Assembly: GCF_037042905.1 (NCBI RefSeq)
Contig: NC_087252.1
Coordinates: 1,054,001 to 1,118,000, forward strand
Length of the DNA: 64,000 nucleotides
Source: Lytechinus pictus
Taxonomy: Eukaryota
Direction of reading: 5' to 3'
The translations under genes and the position numbers were made by a program. Within the stretch, counting starts at the first letter, position 1. Each line of letters begins with the position of its first letter. Below, one piece after another: positions 12,474-25,975 of the stretch. The notes under the pieces are model-generated. The model was not told the origin of the DNA. It did no database searches and worked only from the letters and a program-made list of their open reading frames with translations.

Positions 12474-13566
12474 TATACTTATGAAACTTGCTTCCTTTTG
12501 CCAAAGTACGGCAGAAATGCTTTTCGATGAATGTACAATTATCCTTATCACAATTATTAATTGTTGATAAAATGATATCTCACGCAATATTTCGGTCCTA
12601 CCCATTTTTCAATAAGTAAAAACAGGATATGAGATGGAGTGAGTGTTTAATAAAACGTGTGTGCCTGTCAGTGTGCGTAACTCCCCAAATGTCTTTATTA
12701 CAATGTTTGTAATGAATGTCTTTGGCTGAAAAAATAATCTCTTGTCACACGAACGAGCACACGATGTAGATTGACTTTAGAAAGAACCTCTGAACATATT
12801 ATTATCAAGGTAAAACCTCTCATATCTCTCTGTCGAATCAACAAATTGAAGACATTTCAGCCAGGCTAGTCAAGTGTAAAAGGTAAGTAAATAGTGAGGA
12901 AAGATTTTTGTTAACATTTGTTATTTGATATATTTTATATAGTCTTGGATGTTAAGTAACTTTATGAAAATATTAATATGTTTGTCTGAAATGTAGGCTT
13001 TCAAGGGATAGTTAAAATCTGAGAAAATATTTGAAAGGATGCGATTCTCTGTTTGTTTCTCTTTAGATCTTTATTTAGAAGGGAAAAAATAGTTTACATA
13101 TGACTTACACTAAATATAAATAGAAGCTGTAACAATTGATGAGTATGTCCGCTGATAGATTGTTAAAGCGACAACTAGCATGGCTACACGACGTTTTTAA
13201 TTATTTAGAATGTTTCTACAAACGCATTTTGAGAACTGTCACGCCATTTACCAATTTACTGCATATTTTAAACAAGGTTATATAGCAGAACAGCCAATTT
13301 CATATAGAGTCAGTGACAGAGAATGGACATGATGGAAGGAAAAAAATGGGTTCTAGGATGCCGACATTTTAGATTATAAAACAAATTATCAGGATCACAA
13401 TTTATTATAATCATTGATTTACATGATTGTGAACATCAACAAGACATAAAAAACGGTAGAGAGAAGCCCATTGAATTGTTCTAGTGAGGGCAAGATCACG
13501 GTGCAATCTCATGACAAATGAATTTAACAACACTTTATTCATTGTTTCTCCATGATTCATTTTCAG

Positions 13567-13645
13567 ATGGATGTTATTTTCTGTGTTTTCACGGTTCTTG
13601 TCACCCAACAATCCTCATATTTTTATCAGCAAGTTAATGCCCAAG
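13567..13645 (+). CDS. Lectin gene 2, signal-peptide exon MDVIFCVFTVLVTQQSSYFYQQVNAQ
   Basis: tttcag acceptor directly before ATG; phase-1 donor G|gtaatt. A likely upstream non-coding exon ends at 12882 (AAG|gtaagt). Confidence 0.78.
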
Positions 13646-14088
13646 GTAATTCTACTACTAGTTGTAGGAGTTGTAGTCGTAGTAGTAGTAGTAGTTGTTG
13701 TTGTAGTGGTCTGATTTTACTATTTCTATTTTCACTACTGCTTGTATACTTCTAATGATCTTCATTATACTACAAACACTAAAAATGCTACTGCTATAAC
13801 TAATACTCTTATTGATATGCTGTTATTTCGTCGGTATCATTATGAACGATAAGATTGCCTTATATTCTATTACTATAAGAAAAGAAAAAGGAGACGCTAG
13901 TGGAAGAGCAAGATGAGTAAGAAGAAGAAAGAGTGATTTGAATGAAGAGGAAAATCTTAGTAATAAAGCAATATAATGTAGTCACTATCTTCGGGAATCC
14001 ATGTACATTGATAAACTATGATATCCTGCTCAGTGTTTCGGCTCCCCTTACCATACCAATCCTTAAGTATGATTTTATTTTTGATCAG

Positions 14089-14460
14089 ATGCCGAATTTA
14101 GTGGAAATGGATACATCGTGCACAACGAGTCTTGCTACTTCTTCTCAAACATCCAATCAAATTTCAGGACATCGAATCTATTTTGTAAAAATCATGGAAT
14201 GCACTTGGTTTCCATACAATCTTCTAACGAGCAGTCGTTTCTTGTCGAAAAGATCATGAAGAGAGGTATTGAAGATTACTGGATAGGTCTATCAAGGTTT
14301 TCATGGTTAGATGGATCTCCTCTGTCGTATATTAACTTTCCAGAAATCAACAAGGCTCTTGATGATGACGGAAGGTGCTTCAGGTTAAGAGCCCACAGGA
14401 ATAATTGGCATGATGCACCTTGTTCCCTCCAATACAAGTTTATCTGTGAAGTGGAATATG
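14089..14460 (+). CDS. Lectin gene 2, C-type lectin domain exon 1
   Basis: gatcag acceptor, G|gtaagc donor, phase 1-1. Motifs NESCYFF, GMHLVSIQS..EQ.FL, WIGL, WLDGS, WHD..C, FICE. Confidence 0.92.
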
Positions 14461-14676
14461 GTAAGCAATGTAAATGTCGTTTGCAATATTTCCGTTTGTC
14501 TTTTAATCAATAACTGAACTATATGTTGAAGCAGAAGAGATGTGTTTCAATATCCAGAAAAAATGCTCGTCTATCGTAATGGTACAGTCTGGGTTAGGTT
14601 TTAGCGTCCCCATACATGACATGGGAAATTAGATTGGTAGGAAGAACATCCTATTATTTTTCCTTTCTTTCTTTAA

Positions 14677-15529
14677 AGGTCAAGTCCACTTCAGAATTTT
14701 TTTTTTTGAATCAATAGAGAAAAATCAGACAAGCATAATGCTGAAAATTTCATCAAAATCGAATGTGAAATAAGAAAGTTATGACATTTAAAGTTTCGCT
14801 TATTTTCACAAAATAGTTATATGCACAATTTAGCCACCTGCAAATGAGGGAATCTATGATGTCCCTCAATCACTATTTCTTTTGTTTTTTATTGTTTGAA
14901 TTATACAATATTTAAACAAGTGTTTGGTACTGCAAAATCGTAAGATAGCCTTAAAAACTGACATACTGAAGCTTTTCGACATGCACTCATCGGAGTAAAA
15001 TCGCATGAATGACTAAAAACGCTAGAGCAAAACAATATATGATAGAACCGTAACCAGACAATGGACGCTAAACAGCGAGCCGTGATTGGCTGTCAAGCAA
15101 ACAAGTTAGGCTTGGTACCAGCCGTATATTGAAGCGAAGCAACTAAAAAAAACGCAAGGGTTATTTCAATATTTCAATTTTTACAGATTTGACAATAAGG
15201 ACCGACTTCACTGAACCATAACATGTTAAACAATGGTAATGCCACATGTTCAGGGAGAAATAACACTTTGTTTCACAGGACAATGATTAGAAAATTAGAA
15301 TATTTCATATAATAAAATACAAAAGAAACAGTGAGTGAGTGATGTCATCAGATCCCTCATTTGCATACCGACAGGATGTGCATATAACTATTTTGTAAAA
15401 TTAAGCGAAACTTCAAAATGTCATAACTTTCTTATTTTACATCCGATTCGGATGAATTTTTCAGTGTTATGCTTGTTGTATTTTTCTCTTTTTATTTAAA
15501 TCAACAATGTGTTGAAATGGACTTGTCCT
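14677..15529. mobile_element. TTAA-flanked MITE (Kolobok-like AG..CT ends)
   Basis: ttaa-aggtcaagtccac...tggacttgtcct-ttaa; a partial copy lies at about 55129-55330. Confidence 0.82.
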
Positions 15530-15834
15530 TTAAGGGGGGATACCCCTTCGAATTTTTTCCGCTTGCTTGATATTTGAGGTGGAATACATGTCTTTTTTTA
15601 TGAAAAAAAACCTTCCTTGGAAAAAAAAACATACGGGCTTTCATATGATCTCCCTTTCAAAATACCATGAATAATCAATACTGCTCATTAATTGCTCTTA
15701 CAAATCTCGATATAAATATAACCCATTTAACAAGTTCGAGAAAAAAAATTATTTTCAAAATATACTGAATACATATCTGTCTTGGATACAAAAATCAATA
15801 GAAAAAAATAATATCCATGTTGCCACTGTGACCA

Positions 15835-16107
15835 CTGGCGGATCTAGGGGGATGCACAACCGGCCCATGCCCCCCCCCCCTTAAGAGGCACAATAAAAAT
15901 TCGTAATGTCAAAAAATGCCGTTCAAACAAAAGTGTCCCCCCCCCCCCTTCGAAAGTGAAGACCTTTTTTTGCTTGTCAATTTTTTACGTGGACGAAATC
16001 CGATATTGTTTGTTGAAACCTTTTTTTAAATTTTGCTTGTTAAATTTTTATTTTTCCTCGGGAAAATAACCCCCCCCCCCTTTCGAAAAATCCTGGATCC
16101 GCCCCTG
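15835..16107. mobile_element. GC-rich short TIR element nested in a smaller inverted repeat (about 15814-16172)
   Basis: ctggcggatctagggg...cctggatccgcccctg; family copy at 62528-62725; flanked by the inverted pair tgttgccactgtgacca / tggtcacagtggcaaca. Confidence 0.75.
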
Positions 16108-16399
16108 ACTGTGACAATAGTAAGTATTTGTGAATCACAAATACTTACTGTGGTCACAGTGGCAACAGGATAAGTCCATGTCATTCATTCGATATTAAGG
16201 CCGGAATAAGGGTGTGGGTTCAAAATTCAATGTAGTAATTAATTTAATTTGCATTATTGACTTTTTATTGTTTGAAATTGAGGCGACACTTCGAAAAAGC
16301 CCAACATTCGTAACGGATTGGTTCAAGCGAAATAAATCCGTGACAGGGATTGAGCCAACGGCATTCTGACTCTTGATTTTTTTTTTCTTCCCACTTCAG

Positions 16400-16786
16400 A
16401 TTTTTCTTTATTATGCCTCATGGGGGAGTTCAGACATTACGTGTATGACCAGTCCTGTTATTACTTTTCTACGCTCATTGAAAACTTCAAAACTTCAAAA
16501 TCAAGATGTGAAAACTTTGGAATGCATCTCGTGTACATCGAATCCGAGGATGAAGAGCAGTTCTTGATCTCGAAGCGTGAAGACGACACTGACTATTGGA
16601 TAGGGATGGCCAGTGTGGGCTGGCGAGACGGGTCACAGATCAACTACAAAAACTTCCGTGATGTTCAGAGCACGTTCGACAGGGGCGGTTTGTGCTTCCT
16701 GTTACGACATCCGGATTTTGACTGGCACGATATGACCTGTGATTCAACGCATCGTTACATCTGTGAAAAGGTGTTCGATGGGCAAG
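16400..16786 (+). CDS. Lectin gene 2, C-type lectin domain exon 2
   Basis: cttcag acceptor, G|gtatta donor, phase 1-1. Motifs DQSCYYF, FGMHLVYIES..EEQFL, WIGM, WRDGS, WHD..C, YICEK. Confidence 0.9.
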
Positions 16787-17432
16787 GTATTAGGGAGTGA
16801 TTGCAAGCTTCTTACAACACCTAATCATTATATATACCTATCTCCCTTATACACACGCACCATCACGTAAAACCCACACACCCACACGCGCATACACCCC
16901 CCCCACACACACACACTCACACCATGTCCATTTTCCCGCCATCATCTTCAATTATATAAAAACTCTCATAATCAGTTTGCGTACAGCCGACATAAAAAAT
17001 ATTTGCAATTTTTCGTAAGCCTTGAAACTTATAAGGACGAACTGCTTTTCCGGTTCAATTATTTTCGACAATGACCTCCCAGGTGTTCTTGATCATTTGA
17101 AGGACATTTTCCATTACATTTGCTGAGCTCTTGAACACGCCTTGCTTTTCTTTCAATCTTTATTGATCAAAATATAAATAACAATATAAATCAAACACTT
17201 TCATTTAAATGATTAGACAAAGCAGCACTTTTGTATATTCCAGTTTATAAAGACAGATACAAAAGACAAATTAAATATCGAATCTCCATTTTTTTAAATG
17301 TACAGGTAACATACAAATATTGTTAATTTTAGACTAAAATTCGACTGATAAAATATTCCATATATGTCGCCCTACTTCTATAACTAACTCCATATGAAGA
17401 ATGATTCATCTTTAATTGTTTCCCCCACACAG

Positions 17433-17680
17433 CCCATATGATATCCACCTCCTTCAAACTTGCAGCTGACGATGCAACGCTGGACGATGAAGCCATTATA
17501 TCATCCTACTCGGTGCGCTCAGTACTTAGGTGCGCGAAGTTGTGTATGGGTGACAAAGATTGTGCTTACTTTACATTTATTGCACACGAGAGGGCGTGTT
17601 CTATTGGCCGGTCATTACTCGCAGCGGACGTTTCTCACTTGGAACCACGACATGGAGCTCGGACGTACTCCATAATTTAG
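17433..17680 (+). CDS. Lectin gene 2, terminal exon: PAN/Apple-like domain
   Basis: cacacag acceptor in phase 1; S...CAKLC..DKDCAYFTF....RAC; ends GARTYS like the gene 1 PAN exon; stop TAG. Confidence 0.87.
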
Positions 17681-18554
17681 AATTTAAATGAAGAATTGAT
17701 TCGATGATTTCGAGTTCAATATCATTCGTGTACTAGGAATAATATGTAAGCTCTCTCGCATAATATATAGCGTTTGATTTGACTTTGAACGCTTCTTATA
17801 TTAAACAAATTCATGAATATAGGCTTATAATTATCATCATCTACATATCATCTGCTCTTTTGTTAAGAATATAAACACCATTCCCTATGAATTGGATGTT
17901 TCGAGTTTACATTTGCTCATTCGTTCTGCTGTCTTTTCTTGTCTTGCTTCGTGAAAATGTGTTAATACCTTCGACACGTAGAACGTGTAAAGCATGATGA
18001 TCATACCTTGGAGCTATAGCTCCATGATCATAATTTCCCCCGACGTACTACTTTAAGAAGAACACACACAAAGAACAATATCTGTGATATATTTTAATGT
18101 TTTTAGATTTTCGTTTATATATAAATACAAACGATGAACCTGTTGAATATAGGGCGACCAGCATTATAATGCATACATGTATGACAGTGTATGAATATAT
18201 ACAAGTTGACTGTTCATGTACAATCATGCAAATTGTCATATCCCTTTGTGAATTTGTTTATTTATCATGTTGTTTTCATTATTATGCTCATAAAGTTTTG
18301 GCAAATTAAATGTTCGATCGTAATTTCAAGGAACTATCGATCTGGAAAGATTCATATATGACCGTTGAATAATGGTATTTAAAAGAAGATAATCTGAGAA
18401 GGATAAACAAAGGGAGAGAGAGAAAGAAAAGAGAGGCAGGGAGCAAGACAGGGAAGGTGAGCTGTGAAAACGAAGATAGTTGAAATTACAAAAGGGAGAG
18501 AAAGGTGACCGTTAGGCTTATATATCCACTTTCTTTCCTTCTGTATATATTGTA

Positions 18555-18800
18555 CACTCTAAGGAAATATTTGGTAAAAGTGCTCCATGAGGGTAATTAT
18601 GTGTCCAACCAACATTGGAAATTTCTTTTGGGCATTTTTATTTATCGAGCGTGATGAAACTTTTGCCCATTTTAAAGTAATTGTTGCTTATTTTCTAACC
18701 ATATATTGGACAATATGCTTCCCGCATTTGGTAAAGTACTGCTCAACATTGGTTTGAACCTCGTGGTGGTAAAAATTTTACCAATTATTTTTATACAGTG
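18555..18800. mobile_element. TA-flanked MITE with CAC..GTG ends
   Basis: ta-cactctaaggaaatatttggtaaaa...ttttaccaattattttatacagtg-ta. Confidence 0.65.
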
Positions 18801-19699
18801 TACATGTATAATTGTTATTAGATATCATCAATATGGGGTGAGACTATTCCAAATAAATATATGTATACTCCCTGCGAGGTACTTTGGTCGCATCCTACAT
18901 GATTGTAATGAAAATTGAAAATGGAGGTTATCCATATTTTCTAGAGAACTTTAGTTTTCAAAAGTTTTGAATTAAAACACACACAAAAACACAAGAGCTG
19001 TATATTCCTGCGGTCGACGACGTTGTTTCCGTAATGCGGTCGGAGTAGGCCGAAAAAGAGGCGGGCGCGTGCTCATTTCATAATTGATTGCAGAAAAATT
19101 AATAAAATCAATTACCACAAGGGTCAACGCTTTGATCGTGGAGACACGATACAGTGGTGTACATGATTATAGTCCGTTTTGACATCCTAAAGAGTGCTAG
19201 AGGTCTAAAGTTCAAATAAAGTGGCTCTTGGATACGTAAAAATGATGCACACGTAGGATACATTTTATGATTCATCAGAAAGTTTCAAATGAATGTTCAT
19301 TCTACTCGGACAAAAAGGTAAAAAATCAGAAAAAAACATTATGATGATGATAATAATCATAACAAAAAAAATCCGCTTTCGGAACGACGCGACGTCCCTA
19401 AGCGTTTTACAGCTATATTATTGTCCCGGTCATCGGATCCTGGCATGCCCGTATGGCAAGCCGTTTTAACATTTATTCACATTTTCTGATATCAAGAATT
19501 ATATTTCTTGATATCAAGAACTCATTTCTTGATATCGAAAATTCATCTCTTGATATCAAGAATTGAATTCCCACACCAAGTTGATATCTCATTGCCCGCA
19601 CACAATACATACACTTTTCCACTGCCTACATGGGGAGCATTCAAACAAGAGTTCCATGACTCAATTGCTAGGCATACTACATTCATAGCTACTACGTAT

Positions 19700-20105
19700 T
19701 CGATAATTTCATCATCGTTATCATTGTCATATTACTTGACCATCATTAATATCGCCATGGCTGTCAACTTAATTGTCAACATATTCATCATCATCATGAT
19801 CATCATCGTCATCATCATAGCAATCACAATGGTAATCATAATGACCATGATCATCACTGTCATAGTCAGCAGCAGCATCATCGTCAACATCATCATCATT
19901 TTTGTCGACATGATCATCATCACCAACATAAACATCATCGGTCATCATCTCCACCATCATCGTCATTTCCACCACCATCATCATCACCATCACCACCATC
20001 ATCATCACCAGCATCATCATCACCGTCATCATCACCATCATCATCATCATCACCACCGCCATCATCAATATCATCCCACCACCAACATCATTATCATCAA
20101 CATCT
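19700..20105. repeat. (CAT/CAC)n trinucleotide microsatellite
   Basis: Long imperfect CAT repeat; similar tracts at about 25200-25450 and 28370-28520. Confidence 0.9.
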
Positions 20106-21584
20106 TCGCCTGTATCCCAACTTTCTAACTTTGAAGGATGTCAAAATAATGCAACAAAAGTCAACCACCCGTCAAAAAGTTGAAATGATCTCATTTGTCG
20201 GTAACCAAATCAACCTGATTGACAAGGAAGGATAACTCGTACATGATATCTGCGATTATTGCCAATTTGAAGGCGGGGTTTAAGCGATGACTTGTTTCAT
20301 CAGGTGGCAATTGGAGTTGATTCACACTCCGGGAGTGGCCGTGAATAGTGGGCATGATTTTTCCCCTTCCAATTAACAGTTCGAATCGAGACTTCTTCTA
20401 GAACTTTTCCTAAGTTCGAATACAGACTGTCTAACTTTGCTGCTTGAAAGTAGAAGTCCCTCTTTTTTTATTTAAGAGCCGTGAATGCTTGCATTTCAAA
20501 AACTATTTTCCTTTCCATGTTTAAGACGGTCACCTTAATGATACACATGGAGATAAAAGTAGAAATAAAACAGATCGACATAGACATGATAGAGAGAGAA
20601 AAAAAGGAGTTGAAAATAGCTGAGTGTGAGGCAGAGAGAGAGAGGGGGGGCAAGTAAAGGAGGATGTGTGTTATTGGAAGGGGTGAACAAGTAGTAGAAA
20701 ATGTAGGAATGAGGAGAAAGAAGGGGGGTGAGACAGGGGAGAGGAGAGAGTGTGAGGGTGGTACGAAAAGAGACACATGGACATTAAAGTGTGCGAATGT
20801 GCTCAGTAAGGCCACTTAAATCTATCAATCAAGCAATGACCATGACAAAATCATGGACCTAGGTACATGATCAAACAAGACTCTTATTATACACAGCATG
20901 TTAAAGCTTGGTTTACCACTTATCCTGCTTATTGATATACGTCTGGTCCTTTGAAGTCAACCGCACCAGGTAGACACACCTGAAATACCTCATTAGTAGA
21001 AGAATGGTAGACCACTGACAGAAGGACAAGGAAACGTTACTCAATTATCTTTAGAGCTGGTGAGAAACAGTCCTACTAGATTTTGATTTGATAGGTACGC
21101 AAACTGATTAGGAGAGTTTTTATATAGTTTAGTGTTAAATTTTAAACTGAATTGACCACGATTAGGGCCCTACATGTTATAATTTTCGTTCGATACATTA
21201 AGATTTGCTACGCTCTACTTTGATAAAAATGCAAATAATCAAAAATGATAATTTTATGATATTGAAGATGATGGCGGGGAAATGGACATGGTGTGAGTGT
21301 GTGTGTGGAGGGGTTTTATATCATACGTGATGGTGCGTGTTGATGTGTGCGTGTGTATAAGGGAGAGATGTATATATACTATTAGGTGTTGCAAGAAACT
21401 TGCAATCAATCGCTAGTCCAGATTTGGTCCTAAAACCATTCATTATTCTGGTAATCAATTACAAAATGATGCCTGATCTTCCTCTTGCAACAAGAGGTAA
21501 AAATTAATTTGTTCTAGTTACAATTGATCTATCAATTGTCAATAGAATGATTGATTGTAAATATTTTAATGCAAAACCCATTAA

Positions 21585-22185
21585 AGGGATGGTCCGGGCT
21601 TAAAATATTCATACCTAAATAAATAGACTAAAATTTGCAAAGCATTATGCTGAAAATTTTATCAAAATCGGATAATAAATAACGAAGTTATTGAATTTTA
21701 AAGTTTATCAATATTTTGTGAAAACAGTTCTTTGCACATCGTCATGAATATTCATTAGGTGGGTTTATGATGTAATATCCCCACTTTCCTTTTCTTATGT
21801 TATTACATGAAATCATAATTATTATTTTTTTCATATATGAGTAAATGATGTGTCTCCATTATGATGAAATTAAGTTGCGGCAATAAATAACTAATGCACT
21901 TAATCAGTTGTCAATCCAAATGTTTTAGTTCTTGGTAGAAAAATTCCGAATAAACTTAATTTCATATAATAAAATACAAAAGAACAAGTGGGATATGACA
22001 TCATCAGCCCACATAAAGAATATTCATGAAGACATGCCCAGAACTGTTTCACCGGAATAATGCAAATCTTTAAAATTCAATAACTTCGTTATTGTTATCA
22101 GATTTTGATGAAATTCTAAGCATTTTGCTTTGTGAATTTTACTCTATTTATTTAGATATAAATATTTCCAGCCTGGACCATCCCT
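21585..22185. mobile_element. TTAA-flanked MITE (Kolobok-like)
   Basis: ttaa-agggatggtccgggct...agcctggaccatccct-ttaa; same family as 39840-40447. Confidence 0.85.
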
Positions 22186-25100
22186 TTAAGGGATACCGAA
22201 AGGCGGCAAATGAAAGAGGGGAGGATGAGGGGGGGGGGGGCAAATTTGGGGAAGTCTTCATCGATCCAATAATAAGACAGCTCTCAAATCATGTCATGTA
22301 ATTAGTGTCATATCAACGTCATAATTCAATCGGAGAGTGAGATAATACGATCTCTATCCGCACAGCACTCCTTTGAAATTATATTTTGACACTCGACAGG
22401 AAACAGCTATATTTCAAACGCTAGTTTGGGGAAGGTTAGTTGGCGTAACCTTAATTTTGAAGTTTTGACAGGGTGTACCGCCTTGTTATCTTATGGCATT
22501 GGTGGTGATGTTTGTGTAAAACGCAGGTGTGATGCGCAGACGAGTTACTAATGAGAAACCCCGTTTATACCGAGACATAGTCCCGAAATTCTCTCAGGTG
22601 TCTTCTACGTCTTATCTTTAATAAACACTTTCTATACAATACTTTGACATTTCCGTAGCCATCATTACATGGATTTTATTTTTATTGTTTGCAGTGGTGA
22701 TAAGTAACACTTGACATAATCTTAGAGCCTTCATCTTTTGACGTATAAGCAGATGCATTTCTACATGGGGAAATGATGGTGAGTGAATCAGAAAATTAAC
22801 GATTGATGAAAAAATAATGAATGGAAGACTTTCTTATTTTCGCAGGACAGACTAATTTTATCTTTCAAATCCTTGCAAAAAATATACTGGTTAGTTTATA
22901 CCTATGCGTTTTTGTTGTGTTCTTCTATGTTCACTGGAGGATCCGAAGGGGGGCGGCACATCTGAACCGTGACCCCACCCCCCCCCCCCCCGAGAGCCTT
23001 TAAAATATTTATAGTCTGAAATGTTTTTCTTTAATAAAATGCCCCCACCTTTTAGAAAATCCTTAATCAGCCGCTGTTCCTGGATTTTTTTAGTTTGATT
23101 TGTTCATGGTAGTCCTAAATTCAAATGGCTCTGGGCCTTGGAAAGAGGTATAGAGACGTGTACTAATCACATACATGCATGTATGGCTACTGAAGTCTGG
23201 GAACGTCCAAAAATGTCACCATCCGAAAGACATAACTATGGATCGAGCCTCGAACCCTGCTTTTACTGGTAACTTCCCCATGTAAGTTTGATTATCATGA
23301 TTACAGGCGCATGCCGTCAAGCCCAGTTATGGTTCCCTTCAAACAATGATCCACCTGAGGATTGATTTTAAGAATATGCAATTCCAAGGTTATGTTTTGG
23401 GGCTTTTGTTTTGCATTTTTCATCTGCCATAAGTCGAATCTAATAATGCAAAACCTCTCATTGATGACAATCCTGTTGCATGTGGGTTGATAGCTAGACG
23501 TCTAGAGCTCGACTTAATTATTTGCTAATTGATCATGTGAACTGCTTCGAAAGTTAATGATGTGTCTTTATTGAAAATAAAAGATGTAATAAAAAGTCAT
23601 CAATGTTCAGAATATTCTTGTTTTCTATTTTTCTTATGTCGAAATAGAATTCACCAAATCAAGACCAAAGGCGGTTGCAAGTAGGTTAATCAGCGTATGG
23701 AGTTTGACTTTGAAACCGACACGTGATCTGCTAAAAAAATTGAACATCAATCGGAATTGGGAAACATAATAAACATGGAATTATCTATCATTGTTTTTTT
23801 TTTCTAACTGCTAATCATATAAACCTGATAAAGCAAGACCATAGGCTTACTGCACTCCGAGTTCGTGTGTGTGTGGGCTAATCGCATTCGTGAGCTTGAC
23901 TTATCCATTCATTCATAAAGGCTAGGAACACCACCGCATCTTCTCCCATCACAGGGGTTATAAAAATATTGATATAAATTTGATATGAAAACTTCGGGCT
24001 TTCTTTGGGCTAACTGTGTGTTCTCGGCAAATTGGTCATGAAAAAAAGAGAGTTTTGAGAGGAATTATGCGAAGGATATAATGGGTGGGTTTGAAACGGA
24101 AGAGACCGTTTTACACTGTAGGGAGGTAAGTGGTGGTGTGTGGAGAAGGTTAACAAAGGTGGCATAAACAACTTCTCTGCCACGACCTCAGAAACTATCC
24201 AAAGCACATACCCATGAACATGGTGAATTCAGTTATCCAAACTATAAATTTCATCTACAAGTGCTTCTAAAATCAGAAAATGATTATACAATGTAAACAT
24301 TTTGTCATCAAAAACTTTTTAGTCAATTATTGTAATTTCGTCATGAATCGTTAAGCCCACTTATTTGTTTTTTCGGGGAATGTTGTTTTTAACTTCAGTT
24401 TTATCTGAAGAAAACGGAATGATTTTTCACCCGATCGCTACACACTTGCCTTAGCATTTCCCATACAATATTAAACACTTTCTTTACTAAAATATATTTA
24501 ATTCTTACATCAGGAATTCTTTCAAATTTTGTTCCATACTTCGACAGTTCTGACATACCTAACAAGCTCTGATTTTCATATTATACATAAAATCATTTTA
24601 CTAGATTGCATAGCGGAATTCATTTGGCGATGAGGTGTTGATACTAAAACAAAGGAAAACAAACAATTTTTTTGTAATGATAATTAAATTCCTCCAGTAA
24701 TGTGCATCGACATAATTCCTGACAAACAGCGACCATTGTTGAAAGGACCTGAAAAGAAATTAATTTTTAAAATCCTTTATACTGCACTTTTTATGAGTCA
24801 TTCAGTGATAAAAATTAAGTAAATAAAATCCCTTATATATGATTTTTACTTAGGTTTTCTTTTAGGACACCCATCGGTTGCTGACTTTGTAGAGACAAAC
24901 TTCGGCACAGTGAGAATGGGGCATCTTTCGAGCGATTATCTCAGCATAAAAACACGATATAAATTATTATTGGCGAATAGACATCATGTCACCTTCTATT
25001 AGCATCATACTGGAGCCCTGTCCCGTTAAAAATGAGGAGGAAAAATATGAAAAATTGGAACAAACATGAGCAAGCCACCCAGGTAGACGGGTCAAGAGGA

Positions 25101-25450
25101 CTGGTGGTAGGCTGGTCTCCGTGCTGTGATTCGAACCACAGTAACCTGCGGGCGAGGCCTGGGAGGTATGAAGGAGGGTGTGTGGAGTGGAAGAAAGGGG
25201 TGACGAGGGGGGTGTCGGAGTGGTGGTGGTGGTGTCGATGATGATGATGACGGTGATCGTAAAGACACTCATGGAGATATTATGGCGATGTTGGAGGTAG
25301 TGGTGAAGATGATAATGATGATCATGACGATGATATAGACAAGATGGTGGTGGTAAGTCTACTTGTGATGTTGACACCGACGACGACGATGAGGATGATT
25401 CGAATCGATGATGCTTGATAATGTTGATTATCATGGTAATGGTAATAATG

Positions 25451-25484
<34 letters not shown>

Positions 25485-25834
25485 TTATCTTTTCTTCATT
25501 TCAAACAAATTGACAAAGTAAGTAGGAACAAAACACAATATGAATAACAGAAATGAAAAAAAGGGAACTCACTGGAAAGCTTCGCTTGTTTATATGAGTC
25601 CCCTGAAATAAATAACTGATTACGACGATAACAATTGTCATAGAAATCATGATAATGGTGCGTGTTAACGATGGTATTCTTGGTATTAGAGAATGATATT
25701 GATCATAATGTTGATAAACGCATAGCCGATGGTGTTGATGGTTGTGAGGATGACGATGAAGATGATGATTCCGTGGGCCGCGGATGTCTTATAATGGAGC
25801 TGTGTCGGTATAGTCGTTGTAATATGATGTACAC

Positions 25835-25975
25835 GACCCAGGTGAGGTAAATGGGTACCCGGTAGGATTTATTCTTTGAACGCTTTAGCGGCTTAGCTAC
25901 AGCCGGGGTAATAATATGATACCAAGTATCAAAGCGCAGTTGAGTATATGCACATAGTAACTGCGCTATATAAAT
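25835..25975 (+). mobile_element. 5'-truncated SINE
   Basis: acccaggtgaggtaaatgggtacccggtagg...gcgctatataaat; reverse complement of 7775-7930. Confidence 0.75.

Noticed and set aside
19508-20128. 206-aa Ile/His-rich ORF and its antisense Met/Asp-rich ORFs
   Set aside because: Translation of a (CAT)n microsatellite; open in several frames with no splice or domain support.
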